DNA from: Felis catus
Lineage: Eukaryota
Assembly (NCBI RefSeq): GCF_018350175.1
Contig: NC_058368.1
Location: 120,468,001 to 120,532,000, forward strand
Reading direction: 5' to 3'
Length of the DNA: 64,000 bases
Shown here: positions 62,765 through 64,000 of the stretch, piece by piece
Layout of the letters: each line of letters opens with the position of its first letter
Numbering within the stretch: position 1 is the stretch's first letter
Program-made: the position numbers and the translations under genes
Notes under the pieces: generated by a model
What the model saw: only the letters and a program-made list of their open reading frames with translations
Database searches by the model: none
What the model was told of the DNA's origin: nothing

Positions 62765-63227
62765 ACGTCTTAATCCATTCATCCATCAGTGGAAGAGGAG
62801 ACTTGGATTGTTTCCATATCTTGCCTATTGTTAATAATGCTGAAATAAACACAAGAGTGCATATATCTTTTTGAGTTAAGTGTTTTTGTTTTCTTTGAGT
62901 AAATACCCAGTAGTGGAATTACTGGGTTATATAGTATTTCTATTTTTAATTTTTTGAAGAACCCCCTGTACTATTTTCCACAGTGCTGCACCAGTTTACA
63001 TTCCCACTAACAGTGCATGAGAATTCCCCTTTCTCCACATTCTCACCAACACTTATTTCTTGTCTTTTTTATTCTAGCCATTCTGCCAGGTGTAAGGTGA
63101 CAGCTCATTGTGGCTTTGATTTGTATTTGCCTGATGATTACTGACATTGAGCATCTTTTCACTTATCTGTTGGCCATCTGTAAGTCTTCTTTGGAGAAAA
63201 GTCTATTCAGTCCCTCTGCTCATTTTT

Positions 63228-63430
63228 TTTTTTTTTTTTATTCTTGGGACAGAGAGAGACAGAGCATGAACGGGGGAGGGGCAGAGAGAGAGGGAGACAC
63301 AGAATCGGAAACAGGCTCCAGGCTCCGAGCCATCAGCCCAGAGCCCGACGCGGGGCTCGAACTCACGGACCGCGAGATCGTGACCTGGCTGAAGTCGGAC
63401 GCTTAACCGACTGCACCACCCAGGCGCCCC
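63228..63430 (-). mobile_element. Young feline CanSINE (SINEC_Fc-type) with shortened tail
   Basis: TSD CCTCTGCTCATTTTT at 63213-63227 and 63432-63446; CpGs intact. Confidence 0.97.
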
Positions 63431-64000
63431 GCCTCTGCTCATTTTTAATCAGATTATTTGCTTTCTTTAGTGTTGAGTTATTCATGTTGTTTATATATTT
63501 TGGGATATTAACCCCTTATTGGATATATTATTTGTAAATATATTTTCCCCTTCAATAGATTGCCTCTTTAGTTTTGTTGGTTTCCTTCACTGTACAAAAG
63601 CTTTTTATCTTGGCAGAGTCCCAATAGTTTATTTTTACTTTTGTTGCCCTGCCCTGAGGAGATGCATCTATAAAATCAGTTGCAATGCCCAATGTCAAGG
63701 AATTTACTGCCAATGTTTTCTTCTAGGATTTTTTTTGGTTTTATGTTCACATTTAGGTCTTTAATCCATTTTGAGTAATTTTTGTGTATGATGTAAGAAA
63801 GAGGTCTAGTACCATTCTTTTGCATGTAGCTGTTCAGTTTTCCCAACAGTATTTATTTAAGACACTGTCTTTTCTCCATTGTATATTCTTGTGTCCTGTG
63901 TTATACATTTGTTGACCATGTAAGTGTGCATTTATTTCTGGGCTCTCTATCCTGTTCTGTTGACCTATGTGTCTAGTTTTATGACAGTACCATACTGCAG

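Larger units (their letters stand above)
62222..64000 (-). mobile_element. Carnivore-age L1 3' portion, continues past the window edge
   Basis: 3'UTR at 62.2-62.6 kb followed by antisense ORF2 C-terminal sequence to the window end. Confidence 0.93.

Noticed and set aside
1..64000. Inferring a host gene strand from TE orientation
   Set aside because: Most L1 sequence is on minus while most LTRs are on plus, giving contradictory signals; no exon anchors a gene.

Overview
AT-rich, repeat-dense mammalian DNA from a cat-family (Felidae) genome, judged by the SINEC_Fc-type tRNA-derived SINEs. I find no protein-coding exon, RNA gene or CpG island. The ORF track consists of SINE, L1 and microsatellite read-through or chance ORFs. 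The window is intergenic or deep-intronic and layered with carnivore SINEs, L1 fragments of several ages, L2/MIR, MaLR/ERVL solo LTRs and hAT MITEs. Repeat family names come from my recall of consensus sequences and need RepeatMasker/Dfam confirmation; boundaries of old repeats are approximate. Most notable observations: (1) a very decayed reverse-transcriptase fossil of an L1/Tx1-type LINE (about 35.3-36.5 kb) that is invisible in the ORF track and split by an MLT1 LTR; (2) a 42-bp templated insertion with a snap-back hairpin inside an L1, copied from 1.2 kb away, plus several smaller repair-scar-like patchworks; (3) a ~140-bp local duplication lodged inside an LTR16-like element; (4) an isolated ~28-bp inverted-repeat element; (5) a 5'-intact, ORF1-only L1 ending in AATAAA plus an A-run. 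I see no evidence for a new functional multi-gene system.
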